Assembly (NCBI RefSeq): GCF_040220215.1
Contig: NZ_JAVJTR010000001.1
Coordinates: 974-64,973 of the forward strand
DNA: 64,000 nucleotides
Reading direction: 5' to 3'
Source of the DNA: Ekhidna sp.
Lineage (GTDB): Bacteria > Bacteroidota > Bacteroidia > Cytophagales > Cyclobacteriaceae
Below, one piece after another: positions 45,850 to 55,356 of this stretch. Below the pieces are notes generated by a model. It searched no databases. It saw nothing but the letters and a program-made list of their open reading frames with translations, and was not told the DNA's origin. The translations under genes were made by a program, and so were the position numbers. Position 1 is the first letter of the stretch. Every line of letters begins with the position of its first letter.

Positions 45850-47388
45850 TTATCCAGCCCAACCTTCCCGATCCAGGCTTCTGTACTGAATAGCTTCAGC
45901 CAGATGTTCAATTGCAATCTCCTCCGTTCCGGCCAGATCAGCAATGGTTCTGGATACCCGAAGTATACGGTCATAGGCTCGGGCGGATAGTCCCAGCCGC
46001 TCCATTGCGGTTTTTAGTAATGCTTTTCCAGCTTCATTGATCTGGCAGACTTCCTTTACCATATTGGAACTCATCATCGCATTGTTAAATACGCCCGGTT
46101 GATCTTTGAATCGAACTTCCTGTATTTCTCTTGCACTGATCACCCGATCCCGGATTTCAGCACTGGATTCAGTTTTACGATTCTCCGTCATTTGATCAAA
46201 CGAGACTGGAGTTACCTCTACATGAAGATCAATGCGATCTAGTAGGGGTCCGCTGATTTTGTTAAGGTAGCGTTGTACGACTCCCGGTGCGCAAACACAT
46301 TCCTTTTCAGGGTGATTATAATACCCGCACGGGCATGGGTTCATGCTGGCAATCAGCATAAAGTTTGATGGATAATCCAAAGAAATTTTTGCGCGCGAGA
46401 TAGTCACCTTTCGTTCTTCCAGTGGTTGGCGCATCACTTCCAGCACAGACCGTTGAAACTCCGGCAGTTCATCCAGAAATAATACCCCATTATTGGCCAG
46501 CGAAATTTCCCCCGGCTGTGGAATACCACCACCTCCTACAAGCGCTGCATCCGAAATCGTGTGATGTGGTTGCCGGAACGGTCGTTGGGCAATCAGTTTT
46601 CCATCCGTTCCAAGTTTTCCTGCTACTGAGTGAATCTTTGTTGTCTCTAAAGCCTCGTGTAATGTGAGTGGTGGAAGAATTGACGGCAGTCTTTTAGCTA
46701 ACATCGTTTTGCCCGCCCCCGGTGGGCCAATCATAATCACGTTGTGTCCCCCGGCAGCCGCAATTTCCATCGCACGTTTGATGTTCTCCTGCCCCTGCAC
46801 ATCAGAAAAGTCCGAAGCGTAGTTGTCCAGATCTGCAAAAAACACATCCCGGGTGTCATATCGCAATGGTTCGATGATTTCTTCGCCCTCTAAATGATGA
46901 ATAGCATCCTTGATATTCTCAACTCCAATAATATCCAGCCCATCCACAATGGCTGCTTCCGTGGCATTTTCTTTAGGTAGAATAAATCCTTTAAAACCAT
47001 TCTTGCGAGCTTCTATGGCAATAGGCAATGCCCCTTTAATCGGACGAAGCTCCCCATCTAGCGCTAACTCGCCCATGATTACAAAGTCTTCAAGATTTTC
47101 TGCGATGATTTGTTCGGAGGCCTTTAGGATGCCGAGAGCAATAGGAAGATCGTACGCTGAGCCTTCTTTTCGGATATCTGCAGGAGCAAGATTAACGACC
47201 ACTTTTTGTCGAGGCATCCGATAGCCAAAATTTTTTATAGCTGACTCTACACGCTGCTCACTTTCCTTTACAGCAGAATCCGGCAGGCCCACCATAAAGA
47301 ACTTAGTGCCTTGCCCTACATTTACTTCAACTGTGATTTTATATGCATCCACGCCGTATACGGCGCTTCCATAGGTTTTAGCGAGCAT
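45850..47388 (-). CDS. comM: YifB/ComM Mg-chelatase-like AAA+ ATPase
   Basis: VGLPDSAVKES, GPPGAGKTML, LFLDELPEF, MNPCPCG, ISGPLLDRID. Confidence 0.95.
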   Translation of the reverse strand: MLAKTYGSAVYGVDAYKITVEVNVGQGTKFFMVGLPDSAVKESEQRVESAIKNFGYRMPRQKVVVNLAPADIRKEGSAYDLPIALGILKASEQIIAENLEDFVIMGELALDGELRPIKGALPIAIEARKNGFKGFILPKENATEAAIVDGLDIIGVENIKDAIHHLEGEEIIEPLRYDTRDVFFADLDNYASDFSDVQGQENIKRAMEIAAAGGHNVIMIGPPGAGKTMLAKRLPSILPPLTLHEALETTKIHSVAGKLGTDGKLIAQRPFRQPHHTISDAALVGGGGIPQPGEISLANNGVLFLDELPEFQRSVLEVMRQPLEERKVTISRAKISLDYPSNFMLIASMNPCPCGYYNHPEKECVCAPGVVQRYLNKISGPLLDRIDLHVEVTPVSFDQMTENRKTESSAEIRDRVISAREIQEVRFKDQPGVFNNAMMSSNMVKEVCQINEAGKALLKTAMERLGLSARAYDRILRVSRTIADLAGTEEIAIEHLAEAIQYRSLDREGWAG

Positions 47389-47478
47389 TAATTTTCCGAA
47401 ATCTGTTCCAAATAATTCGCCTAAAGATATGAATTACATAGATATAGCAAAACATCGATTCCGTGTCATGAGACTCTA

Positions 47479-47838
47479 TCAGTCTTCATCATCATCCGCA
47501 TCCTCATCGCCTTTGTCAACGTCCTCAAATGAAATGTCTAATTCTTGCTGAGATTTATCGTACAGCTTGGCCTTAAGGTCCACCACCTCATCCTGCAAAT
47601 CTCCAATATCATTTTTGAGCTTATGAATTCTCATTTGTTGCATGATGTATTCTATGGCCATCAGAATGGAAACAAACAGGAATAAACTCATCACGTACTT
47701 CGGAAACTTGATATATGACGACAGTTTAATCTTGGACAGATATGCTTCTGTATTCATCAAAATATCCACTGAGAAATATAAGATGACCAGAAAAATTAAA
47801 ATGTATACTGTGTGGAAAATGAGTTTAAACCTTTTCAT
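47479..47838 (-). CDS. Hypothetical 2-TM protein with coiled coil and acidic tail
   Basis: ORF translation. Confidence 0.7.
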   Translation of the reverse strand: MKRFKLIFHTVYILIFLVILYFSVDILMNTEAYLSKIKLSSYIKFPKYVMSLFLFVSILMAIEYIMQQMRIHKLKNDIGDLQDEVVDLKAKLYDKSQQELDISFEDVDKGDEDADDDED

Positions 47839-47949
47839 CTGAGTTCTTAAGTGGGGCGGAAAGTTATTAAACTTTTGAAGTTTTGAGTAAGGATAATATT
47901 TCTGTATTCATTTTGGGTATATAACCGCTTAATTCAAGTTCAACCCTAT

Positions 47950-49590
47950 CTAGAATAAATATCTTCTGGAAGGCACATTCCATCTCATAGAAAAACCAAA
48001 GACCGAAGTTGAACTATCGATGAGACCATTTGAATCTGACTCCTGGCGCAACGTAATGTCAGCATCAAAAAATAAGTTGTGCTTCCACATGTATGATGCT
48101 CTGAAAAATGCCATCGTTAAATCTGTCTTGTTCCCTTGTAAATGTTCATTCCCATGTTCCAGGCTTCCACCACTTCCGTCCGGTATTCGCACAGTGTAGT
48201 CCTTCAAAATGTCCCTGCCATAGTTGACGTCACCCATATCATTGCCATAACTGGCCTTCAACATCATTGCTTCAAAGCTCCATTGATCACTCAACCGATA
48301 ATTTGCTCTTCCAATGTATTCTGTAAAATTTGCCCCGAGTGGATGCGCCAGCGATAGGTTGTAGTGACTGTAGTTGGTGAAACCATCTTCATGTGCATAC
48401 ATATATGGTCGAACACGATTAATTTCTCCTTGTACCATCAAATCCTGGAGACCGAATGGATCAACATATTTAGCTCCCAATTGAAACCCTTGTTTGTTCC
48501 CCCACCAGCCATCTCCAGCCAATACTTCACTTATGATCATCTCATCAATCACTAATTGCCCATATAGAGAAATGCGATTTTTGATATTCCATTTAAAATC
48601 CGTACCAATCAATGCATTGTCTTCACTGCCGTTTTGCTGTTCAACAGCCCGATAGAAAATAACCGGGTTCAAATATTCCACCTTGAGGCCACCGGTTGAA
48701 TCTCCATACATGACAGATTCAAACAACCCAATATGAAGATTAGGTTTGATTTTTAAATTCAAGTGATGAAAAGCCATGTATTTCTTTTCAAAACCACCAG
48801 AACCTTCCAATCCGAAAGTTCCTCCTCTAACACCGGCAATGAGCTCCGCGAAAATGTTCGTATAATCAAAAACCTTGGTTGCGGTATTGATTCGCAGGTA
48901 TGGATAATTATTTGAATAATCTGAAAGAACCAGTGAACGTACTCCATTACCAACAAAGTGCTTTCCAAAACCCAGCTGCGCTGAGATGCTTTTTGTAAAT
49001 CCGAAATCAACGTATCCCTGAGCTCTGAAGAAATCAACTCCGGTTTCACTGAACTGCTTCCAAAAACCCTCATAAGGAACTACCAAAGTACTGTCACGAA
49101 CATCATTTACATACACAGGGTAGCGTGCCTGATTTTCAGTGAGCATCGTGTAGAAAGCTACTTTTTTATCAATTCGCCCCCTTATTTCAGCGCCTCTGCT
49201 ATTTACAAACGTGGATCCAAGCGCATCATTTGTCTTACCATAAGAAAAATGAAGAACGGGATTTACGTGCAAATCCAAATTCTCATCTTCATGGTAAATG
49301 AAGTCCGCCGGGTATTTAAAGAACCTACTTAAGATCGGCACCTTTGATCTAGCAGAGTCTGAAGTATATTCACGTAGCTCTATTCGTAGATAAAGTCCGT
49401 CATCTTCACCCATAAAATCATAAGTATCCTTTCTGGACAAAGGCTTTACTGTTGTGTTGAGGCCAGAAGAAGAACGGATATCCTCCATTTCCAGGATCTG
49501 ATATGCTGGGTGGCCTAATGTAAAATCTGTAGATTGCGCTCCTAAAATGTTGGCACTGAGAAGACTAAGAATCCAGAGTGTTTTTCTCAT
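47950..49590 (-). CDS. Outer-membrane beta-barrel, capsule-assembly Wzi-like
   Basis: Signal peptide, GKHFVGNGVRSLVLSD, YLNPVIFYRAVE, LAHPLGANF, C-terminal Phe. Confidence 0.65.
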   Translation of the reverse strand: MRKTLWILSLLSANILGAQSTDFTLGHPAYQILEMEDIRSSSGLNTTVKPLSRKDTYDFMGEDDGLYLRIELREYTSDSARSKVPILSRFFKYPADFIYHEDENLDLHVNPVLHFSYGKTNDALGSTFVNSRGAEIRGRIDKKVAFYTMLTENQARYPVYVNDVRDSTLVVPYEGFWKQFSETGVDFFRAQGYVDFGFTKSISAQLGFGKHFVGNGVRSLVLSDYSNNYPYLRINTATKVFDYTNIFAELIAGVRGGTFGLEGSGGFEKKYMAFHHLNLKIKPNLHIGLFESVMYGDSTGGLKVEYLNPVIFYRAVEQQNGSEDNALIGTDFKWNIKNRISLYGQLVIDEMIISEVLAGDGWWGNKQGFQLGAKYVDPFGLQDLMVQGEINRVRPYMYAHEDGFTNYSHYNLSLAHPLGANFTEYIGRANYRLSDQWSFEAMMLKASYGNDMGDVNYGRDILKDYTVRIPDGSGGSLEHGNEHLQGNKTDLTMAFFRASYMWKHNLFFDADITLRQESDSNGLIDSSTSVFGFSMRWNVPSRRYLF

Positions 49591-49626
49591 AAATCAAACA
49601 TATTCGATTTTAGTTGAATGAATGGG

Positions 49627-49657
49627 TTTGAAGAAGATAAAATAATTCCTATCTTTG
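49627..49657 (+). promoter_or_regulatory. Sigma-A promoter of rpmE2
   Basis: -33 TTTG, 19-nt spacer, -7 TATCTTTG. Confidence 0.8.
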
Positions 49658-49687
49658 CCATCCTTTTTGAAAAAGAGATAGATAGCG

Positions 49688-49933
49688 ATGAAAAAAGACA
49701 TACATCCCGAGTACAAAGAAGTTGTTTTTCTTGATACCACGAGTGAATTCAAGTTCCTCACAAAGTCAACAATGACTTCTAAAGAGACTATTAAATGGGA
49801 AGATGGGAATGAGTACCCTGTAATCAAAGTAGAGGTGAGCTCTGCATCACACCCATTCTACACCGGTAAGAAAATCTTCTTGGATACTGCTGGTCGAGTG
49901 GAGAAATTCAACAAAAAATACAAGAAGAAGTAA
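49688..49933 (+). CDS. rpmE2: 50S ribosomal protein L31, type B (no Cys)
   Basis: [26 protein letters not shown]. Confidence 0.97.
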   Translation: MKKDIHPEYKEVVFLDTTSEFKFLTKSTMTSKETIKWEDGNEYPVIKVEVSSASHPFYTGKKIFLDTAGRVEKFNKKYKKK

Positions 49934-49955
49934 TTTCTTCACAAAAGATTTTATC

Positions 49956-49987
49956 AAAGTCTTCAGGTTTTCCTGAAGACTTTTTTT
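49956..49987 (+). terminator. Intrinsic terminator of rpmE2 (probably bidirectional)
   Basis: AAAGTCTTCAGG-tttt-CCTGAAGACTTT plus T-run. Confidence 0.9.
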
Positions 49988-49995
49988 GTGCCTTC

Positions 49996-50406
49996 CTAAA
50001 TCGTTTTTACAAATTCAGATGGGGTCATAACGCTTATACTGCTATGTTTATAATCTTTTGTGTTTCTAGTGACGATAATATCTGTTTCTAAGGAATTCTC
50101 CGCAGCAGAGTTTTGTAGCGCATCTTCTAAGTCTTTGAATTTAGAATTTAATGCTCTTAAGACATCTTCTTTATTCATAGCTATCACTCCAATAAAAGTC
50201 ATAAGAGCCCTCAATTGCCTTAATACCTCTGAATTTGGATTACTTTTTCGAAGGATGTAATAAACATTGGAAAGGATTAATGGTGTAATAAATCCATTTT
50301 GCTCTCCATTTTCACAAGCTTCCAATACTTTGCGAGAACTGGAAACAAAAGGCTCTCTATAGGTAAGGACATCCAAAAGGACATCCGAGTCAATCAATAT
50401 CCCCAT
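49996..50406 (-). CDS. PIN-domain toxin (VapC-like)
   Basis: ILIDSDVLLD, DLEDALQ, IVTRNTKDY acidic tetrad. Confidence 0.9.
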   Translation of the reverse strand: MGILIDSDVLLDVLTYREPFVSSSRKVLEACENGEQNGFITPLILSNVYYILRKSNPNSEVLRQLRALMTFIGVIAMNKEDVLRALNSKFKDLEDALQNSAAENSLETDIIVTRNTKDYKHSSISVMTPSEFVKTI

Positions 50407-50666
50407 TTTCTTTTTGCCCTTTCTCCTTTAGCTTCTCGTATCTCCTTTTTATAGTCTTCACTGATGTTTTCAGGAAGTTTTAGTGATCCTAAAAGCGACT
50501 TTACCACACTTGTATCACCGAATTCCTCTCTATTCCGCTCTTTTGAGGATAATAACTTTAAATAATTCTCTACTATGCTTGACAGACTCCTACCTTGTTC
50601 TTTCGCATACTTCTTCGCACGCTCAATGGTATCCTTATCCACTGTCAATGTCAATTTAGTTGTCAT
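50394..50666 (-). CDS. Ribbon-helix-helix antitoxin (DUF6364-like)
   Basis: TKLTLTVD...IERAKKYAK...SLSSIVENYL; overlaps the toxin start. Confidence 0.85.
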   Translation of the reverse strand: MTTKLTLTVDKDTIERAKKYAKEQGRSLSSIVENYLKLLSSKERNREEFGDTSVVKSLLGSLKLPENISEDYKKEIREAKGERAKRKWGY

Positions 50667-50712
50667 ATACGTCTAATTATTACAAAAAAGATACGTGTAA
50701 TTTACAAAAAAG
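50667..50712. repeat. Tandem imperfect direct repeat in the TA promoter
   Basis: ATACGTCTAATTATTACAAAAAAG followed by ATACGTGTAATTTACAAAAAAG. Confidence 0.65.
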
Positions 50713-50746
50713 ATTTTCGAATTCCTCCTCATTCTTTAAAACAAGC

Positions 50747-50754
50747 TAAGTTTG
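50747..50754 (+). promoter_or_regulatory. Sigma-A -7 box of the glmU-like operon
   Basis: TAAGTTTG 4 nt before ATG 50759, implying a near-leaderless mRNA if real. Confidence 0.45.
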
Positions 50755-50758
50755 ATTC

Positions 50759-51940
50759 ATGCAAATCACCTTCATAGATACAGAAGAAAGTTGGAAACAA
50801 ATGCTGCCAATGAGCTATACCAGACCTGTAGCTGAGGTTAGGGTAGGCATCCTCAAATTGCATGAAAAGTGGGGTAAACATCTCTCGGCTGAGAAAATAT
50901 ATTTTCGTACCCGGGATTATTTACAAAATCTATTTCACGCTCCTTCTGAAAATTCATTAACCATTCTTGGAAATGTGCTTCCATCTGAGGGTATCATTCG
51001 TTTGATCAAAAACTTGAAAGAAGGTGAGGCGTTGGTCTTTCAGGATCAGGTTATTGCCGGGTTTTACGACAAAGACGAGGAGTTTGGGCTTGGAAACAGG
51101 AAAGCGATACAGCTGAATGAAGCAGAGCAGGTTACCCATCCGTGGGATATTTTTCGCATTAATGGGGCCGAGATTAAAAATGATTTTGAGCTCCTTACAA
51201 AAGGAAGAAAATCACAACCCATAAACGACCCTCACACCAAAACCTATGGCGATCAAATCTTCATTGAAGAAGGAGCCAAAATCAGAGCAGCCATTCTGAA
51301 TGCTGAAAACGGTCCTATCTATATCGGGAAAGATGCTGAAATACAGGAAGGCGCTTTAATTCGTGGGCCATTTGCATTATGTGATCACTCCACTGTAAAC
51401 ATGGGAGCGAAGATCAAAGGAGACTCGACCATTGGCCCTCATTGCAAAGTGGGGGGTGAAATATCTAATTCTGTCATTTTTGGATATTCCAATAAAGGGC
51501 ATGAGGGGTTCTTGGGTAATTCTGTCATTGGGGAGTGGTGCAACCTGGGAGCCGACACTAACAATTCGAACCTGAAAAACAATTACGCCAATGTCAAGAT
51601 GTGGGATTTTGCTACGGGTAGATTTAAAGATACCGGGCTACAATTCTGCGGTTTGATCATGGGAGATCATTCCAAATGTGGCATTAACACCATGTTTAAT
51701 ACCGGAACCACCATCGGTGTTTCGGCTAATATTTTTGGAGATGGATTTCCAAGAACCATCATTCCTTCATTCGCATGGGGTGGTGCCTCAGGATTTTCAA
51801 CTTACCAGGTCAAAAAAGCTTTCGAAACCGCAGAACTAGTGATGGTGCGCCGAAACAAAGAACTAACAGAAGCAGACAAAGGCATGCTTTCACATATCTT
51901 TGAGATGACAGCCGAAAATCGGGTGTGGGACAAGAAGTAA
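50759..51940 (+). CDS. Bacteroidota GlmU-like sugar-nucleotidyl/acetyltransferase
   Basis: LPMSYTRPVAEVRVGIL, hexapeptide LbH repeats, GFLGNSVIGEWCNLGADTN. Confidence 0.85.
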   Translation: MQITFIDTEESWKQMLPMSYTRPVAEVRVGILKLHEKWGKHLSAEKIYFRTRDYLQNLFHAPSENSLTILGNVLPSEGIIRLIKNLKEGEALVFQDQVIAGFYDKDEEFGLGNRKAIQLNEAEQVTHPWDIFRINGAEIKNDFELLTKGRKSQPINDPHTKTYGDQIFIEEGAKIRAAILNAENGPIYIGKDAEIQEGALIRGPFALCDHSTVNMGAKIKGDSTIGPHCKVGGEISNSVIFGYSNKGHEGFLGNSVIGEWCNLGADTNNSNLKNNYANVKMWDFATGRFKDTGLQFCGLIMGDHSKCGINTMFNTGTTIGVSANIFGDGFPRTIIPSFAWGGASGFSTYQVKKAFETAELVMVRRNKELTEADKGMLSHIFEMTAENRVWDKK

Positions 51941-51943
51941 TAC

Positions 51944-53059
51944 ATGCAGTTTTCAGAAATACCAGGTCTTGAAGGGCTAAAAAATCAACTCATCTCAGCC
52001 CATAACAGAGGGAAAGTAGCCCATGCTCAACTTTTTGCCGGAAGGCCGGGTACAGCAGTACTCCCGATGGCGCTCTCCTATGCTACATTTCTCATGTGTG
52101 AGAATAAAACGGACCAGGACAGCTGCGGTACTTGTCCAAACTGTGTCCGCATCAAAAAGCTTGTACATCCGGACATCCATTTGCACTTTCCCAAAATATC
52201 CGCAGCTGAAAGCAAGTATGAAAAGGTGCTTGCGGAGGCAATCCCCCGTTTTCGTGAGTTTGTGATCGAGTCTCCTTTTGGAGATCTGGACGCCTGGACG
52301 AGGAAATATGGTCAGGAAAATAAAAACATTTTAATAAGTCGGGAGGACAGTAGGCAGATGCTCAGAAATGTAAGCATGCGCTCTGTTGAAGGTGGGTACA
52401 AAATCCTGCTCATCTGGGTACCTGAGCTCATGAATCCTAGTTCCGCTAATGCAATCCTTAAAATTCTGGAAGAGCCGCCGGAAAAGACCCTCTACTTGCT
52501 TGTTTCATACAATTATGATAACCTGCTGGCTACCATAACCTCCAGAACTCAATTGGTGAATATCCCGCCAAATACGGAAGAGGAAGTCAAGGCGTATCTG
52601 CTTCAGCGAGGGGCTGACGCTGCAAAAGCAGAACAAGCAGCTAAGTTGTCTGAAGGTAAAATAGGACTTGCAACGCATCTTGCAGAGGCAGGTGAATCTC
52701 AGGAATATGAAGATTTTCAAAAGTGGATGCTGGAATGTTGGAACAAAAACCTGACCGGGCTTGTCCGAAGAAGTGAAGACTTTTCCAAGTCCGGAAAGGG
52801 CGCACAAAAGACTACTTTAAACTTTGCAATCTCGCTTATTCGAAATGCGGTAGTTTCTGCTTCAGGACAAGCTGCGCCTACCCAAAATGACGCTGAGGCT
52901 TCTTTTATCAAAAAATTCTCAGATAAACTGGAGCTCGTAAGGCTTGAAAAAGTATATGCTTTATTAAATGAATCTTTTATTCATCTGGAGCGAAATTCGA
53001 ACCCTCGGATAACACACTTAAATTTGTCGCTGGAAATCATACGGGTGTTGAATGGTTAA
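51944..53059 (+). CDS. holB: DNA polymerase III delta-prime subunit
   Basis: HAQLF, CGTCPNC, HPDIH, ANAILKILEEPP, TITSRTQ. Confidence 0.92.
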   Translation: MQFSEIPGLEGLKNQLISAHNRGKVAHAQLFAGRPGTAVLPMALSYATFLMCENKTDQDSCGTCPNCVRIKKLVHPDIHLHFPKISAAESKYEKVLAEAIPRFREFVIESPFGDLDAWTRKYGQENKNILISREDSRQMLRNVSMRSVEGGYKILLIWVPELMNPSSANAILKILEEPPEKTLYLLVSYNYDNLLATITSRTQLVNIPPNTEEEVKAYLLQRGADAAKAEQAAKLSEGKIGLATHLAEAGESQEYEDFQKWMLECWNKNLTGLVRRSEDFSKSGKGAQKTTLNFAISLIRNAVVSASGQAAPTQNDAEASFIKKFSDKLELVRLEKVYALLNESFIHLERNSNPRITHLNLSLEIIRVLNG

Positions 53060-53477
53060 AAAGGAAAAGTATGTAATCGGACGGCTGGATGTGATTGACC
53101 TCCCGGATTTGGGAGTGCAGGATATACACGCTAAGATTGATACAGGTGCATACCGATCTTCCCTTCATTGCAAAAAAGTACATGAAGAAGAAGGCGTCCT
53201 CTACTTCACTCTTCATACAGATACGGGGTTTCAAGAGTATGCCACAAAAGACTGGACTCAGAAAATTGTGAAGAGCTCCAATGGCAAAGCGCAAAAACGA
53301 TACGTTATTAAAACACGCATGAGGATTTTTGGTAAAAATTTTATGGCTTCCATTTCACTGACAGATAGAAGTGAAATGAAAAATCCATTACTAATTGGAC
53401 GAAAGATTTTAACAAATAAGTTTATCGTGGACGTGTCACAGAAAAACTTATCATACGACCAAAAAAATCAGAACTGA
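53052..53477 (+). CDS. RimK-associated retropepsin-like (putative ATP-dependent zinc) protease
   Basis: AKIDTGAYRSSLH, VKSSNG, DRSEMKNPLLIGRK. Confidence 0.85.
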   Translation: MVKKEKYVIGRLDVIDLPDLGVQDIHAKIDTGAYRSSLHCKKVHEEEGVLYFTLHTDTGFQEYATKDWTQKIVKSSNGKAQKRYVIKTRMRIFGKNFMASISLTDRSEMKNPLLIGRKILTNKFIVDVSQKNLSYDQKNQN

Positions 53478-54407
53478 ATGGAGCGGCAGGTTATTAAAAT
53501 TGGGACGAGGAAAAGCAAGCTAGCCATGTGGCAGGCCAATTATGTAGCTGATCTTTTGGATGCCGGTGGCTTCCAGCCACAATTGATTCCGATCGAAACC
53601 AAAGGAGATAAAATCCAGAATGTAGCTCTATCCAAAATTGGCAGCAAAGGCGTTTTCACTGAGGAATTGGAGTCCATGCTCCGAAGGGGGCAGATTGATA
53701 TTGCGGTTCATAGTGCGAAAGATCTACAGTCCAAACTGCCGGAAGGTTTTCAGGTGCTTTCATTTTGTGAAAGAGAATCACCCGATGATGTGATCGTCTC
53801 TGATAAAGAGATTGATTTAAACAATCCCAAATTAATTCTCGGTACCTCCAGCACACGTAGGATCGCTATGCTCAAGCATTATTATCCTCACATTACGACC
53901 GTTGACGTGCGAGGCAATCTTCAAACCCGTCTGGAAAAGATGAAGACCGGCATTATGGATGGTTTGGTTTTGGCCTACGCCGGTGTGCGAAGGATGAACT
54001 ACGATGACCTAGTTAAGTATTGGTTTGATACAGAGCGCTTCATTCCTCCCGTAGGGCAGGGATCCGTGGCTATCGAGATACATGATAATCTGGATTCTGA
54101 TGTCGCTTCCCGAATTAAGATGGCTACCAATCATCCACTAACTGAAAAAGTATTGTTGGCAGAGCGTGCATTCCTTCGTAGAATGGACGGTGGATGCAGC
54201 ATTCCTGTTTTTGGCCATGCCGAAATGGAATCTGACGGACAGATTATCCTCAAAGGAGGGATCGCTAGTCTGGATGGCAAAGAACTCATCCAGCGGACAA
54301 TGTATGGATCAAATCCGGAAGAACTTGGAACCTCTCTGGCAGATGAAATATTGCAAAGTGGTGGGAAAAAGGTGCTCGACGACATAAAATCAATCATTTC
54401 GAAATAA
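53478..54407 (+). CDS. hemC: Hydroxymethylbilane synthase
   Basis: IGTRKSKLA, AVHSAKD, GTSSTRR, VRGNLQTRL, GGCSIP. Confidence 0.97.
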   Translation: MERQVIKIGTRKSKLAMWQANYVADLLDAGGFQPQLIPIETKGDKIQNVALSKIGSKGVFTEELESMLRRGQIDIAVHSAKDLQSKLPEGFQVLSFCERESPDDVIVSDKEIDLNNPKLILGTSSTRRIAMLKHYYPHITTVDVRGNLQTRLEKMKTGIMDGLVLAYAGVRRMNYDDLVKYWFDTERFIPPVGQGSVAIEIHDNLDSDVASRIKMATNHPLTEKVLLAERAFLRRMDGGCSIPVFGHAEMESDGQIILKGGIASLDGKELIQRTMYGSNPEELGTSLADEILQSGGKKVLDDIKSIISK

Positions 54408-54428
54408 GTTTGAACAAATATTTGAATA

Positions 54429-55259
54429 ATGAAAAAGCTAATACTTTCACTTTTTATCACCAGCATAATCGCAGCTTGCGGCGATAAAAACAAAGACTAT
54501 TTGGTCAAGATCAAAACCGAATACGGTGACATGACAGTGGTGCTTTATGATGACACTCCACTCCATAAAAAGAACTTTCTGGAACTGGCAAAGTCCGGAA
54601 AATACGATAGCACCATTTTTCATCGAGTCATTCAGGATTTTATGATCCAGGGGGGAGATGTAGCCGCCAAAGAAGGTGTTCAGGAAAATGAAGGTGATCG
54701 AATTCCTGCTGAAATTGTTGAAGGCTATTACCACGTAAAAGGCGCTTTGGCTGCCGCTCGTCAGGGTGATCAGGTTAACCCTGAGAAAAAATCTTCATCG
54801 ACTCAATTTTACATTGTAGATGGCATGCCATGGGAAATGATGGCTACTGATGTGCGCTTGTTAAATCAAAAAATGAGTCTCCTGCTCCAGGATACCGCCT
54901 ACAGCGACCTGCTTAAACAATTTCAGGAATTGGCTGCCAATCGTGACAATAAAGGGATGACTGACCTGGCACTTGCCAACAAATCGTTGGTAGAAGAAAA
55001 GTATGGCGTTGACTTAAGTGCGGATGTTTCTCAATATCCTGACGAATACCAGGGAGTTGGCGGTGCGCCACACCTGGATAATGAATACACCGTCTTTGGA
55101 AAAGTGGTGGATGGAATGGATGTCATAGATAAAATTGCGGCCGTCAAGACCGGCCGTGCAGACAAGCCTGTAAATTCTGTTCCATTGACCATGGAAGTAA
55201 TCGAAATGAAGAAGAAAGAAGTTACTGAAAAGTACGGTTACGTTTATCCAGAGCAATAA
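54429..55259 (+). CDS. Cyclophilin-type peptidyl-prolyl isomerase, lipoprotein
   Basis: Lipobox IAAC, FHRVIQDFMIQGGD, QFYIV, PHLDNEYTVFG. Confidence 0.93.
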   Translation: MKKLILSLFITSIIAACGDKNKDYLVKIKTEYGDMTVVLYDDTPLHKKNFLELAKSGKYDSTIFHRVIQDFMIQGGDVAAKEGVQENEGDRIPAEIVEGYYHVKGALAAARQGDQVNPEKKSSSTQFYIVDGMPWEMMATDVRLLNQKMSLLLQDTAYSDLLKQFQELAANRDNKGMTDLALANKSLVEEKYGVDLSADVSQYPDEYQGVGGAPHLDNEYTVFGKVVDGMDVIDKIAAVKTGRADKPVNSVPLTMEVIEMKKKEVTEKYGYVYPEQ

Positions 55260-55276
55260 AAGAAAACACCTTAAAT

Positions 55277-55304
55277 CCCCTCCCCGGAGGGGCTAGGGGT
55301 GGGT
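55277..55304 (+). repeat. CCCCTCC...GGAGGGG short palindromic repeat
   Basis: CCCCTCC-CC-GGAGGGG-CTAGGGGTGGGT in an AT-rich spacer. Confidence 0.6.
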
Positions 55305-55356
55305 TTAAAAAATATTTTTCTTTCCAAACCTCTTCATCATTGACTTTGACAAAAAA

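Noticed and set aside
45850-47388. comM as an integration hotspot for an integrative element
   Set aside because: comM is intact, no recombinase is present, and I found no duplication of its 3' end on the far side of the accessory block
49943-50717. AAAAGATTTT direct repeat flanking the TA module as a target duplication
   Set aside because: Only 10 nt, very AT-rich, and it encloses the rpmE2 terminator; chance is likely
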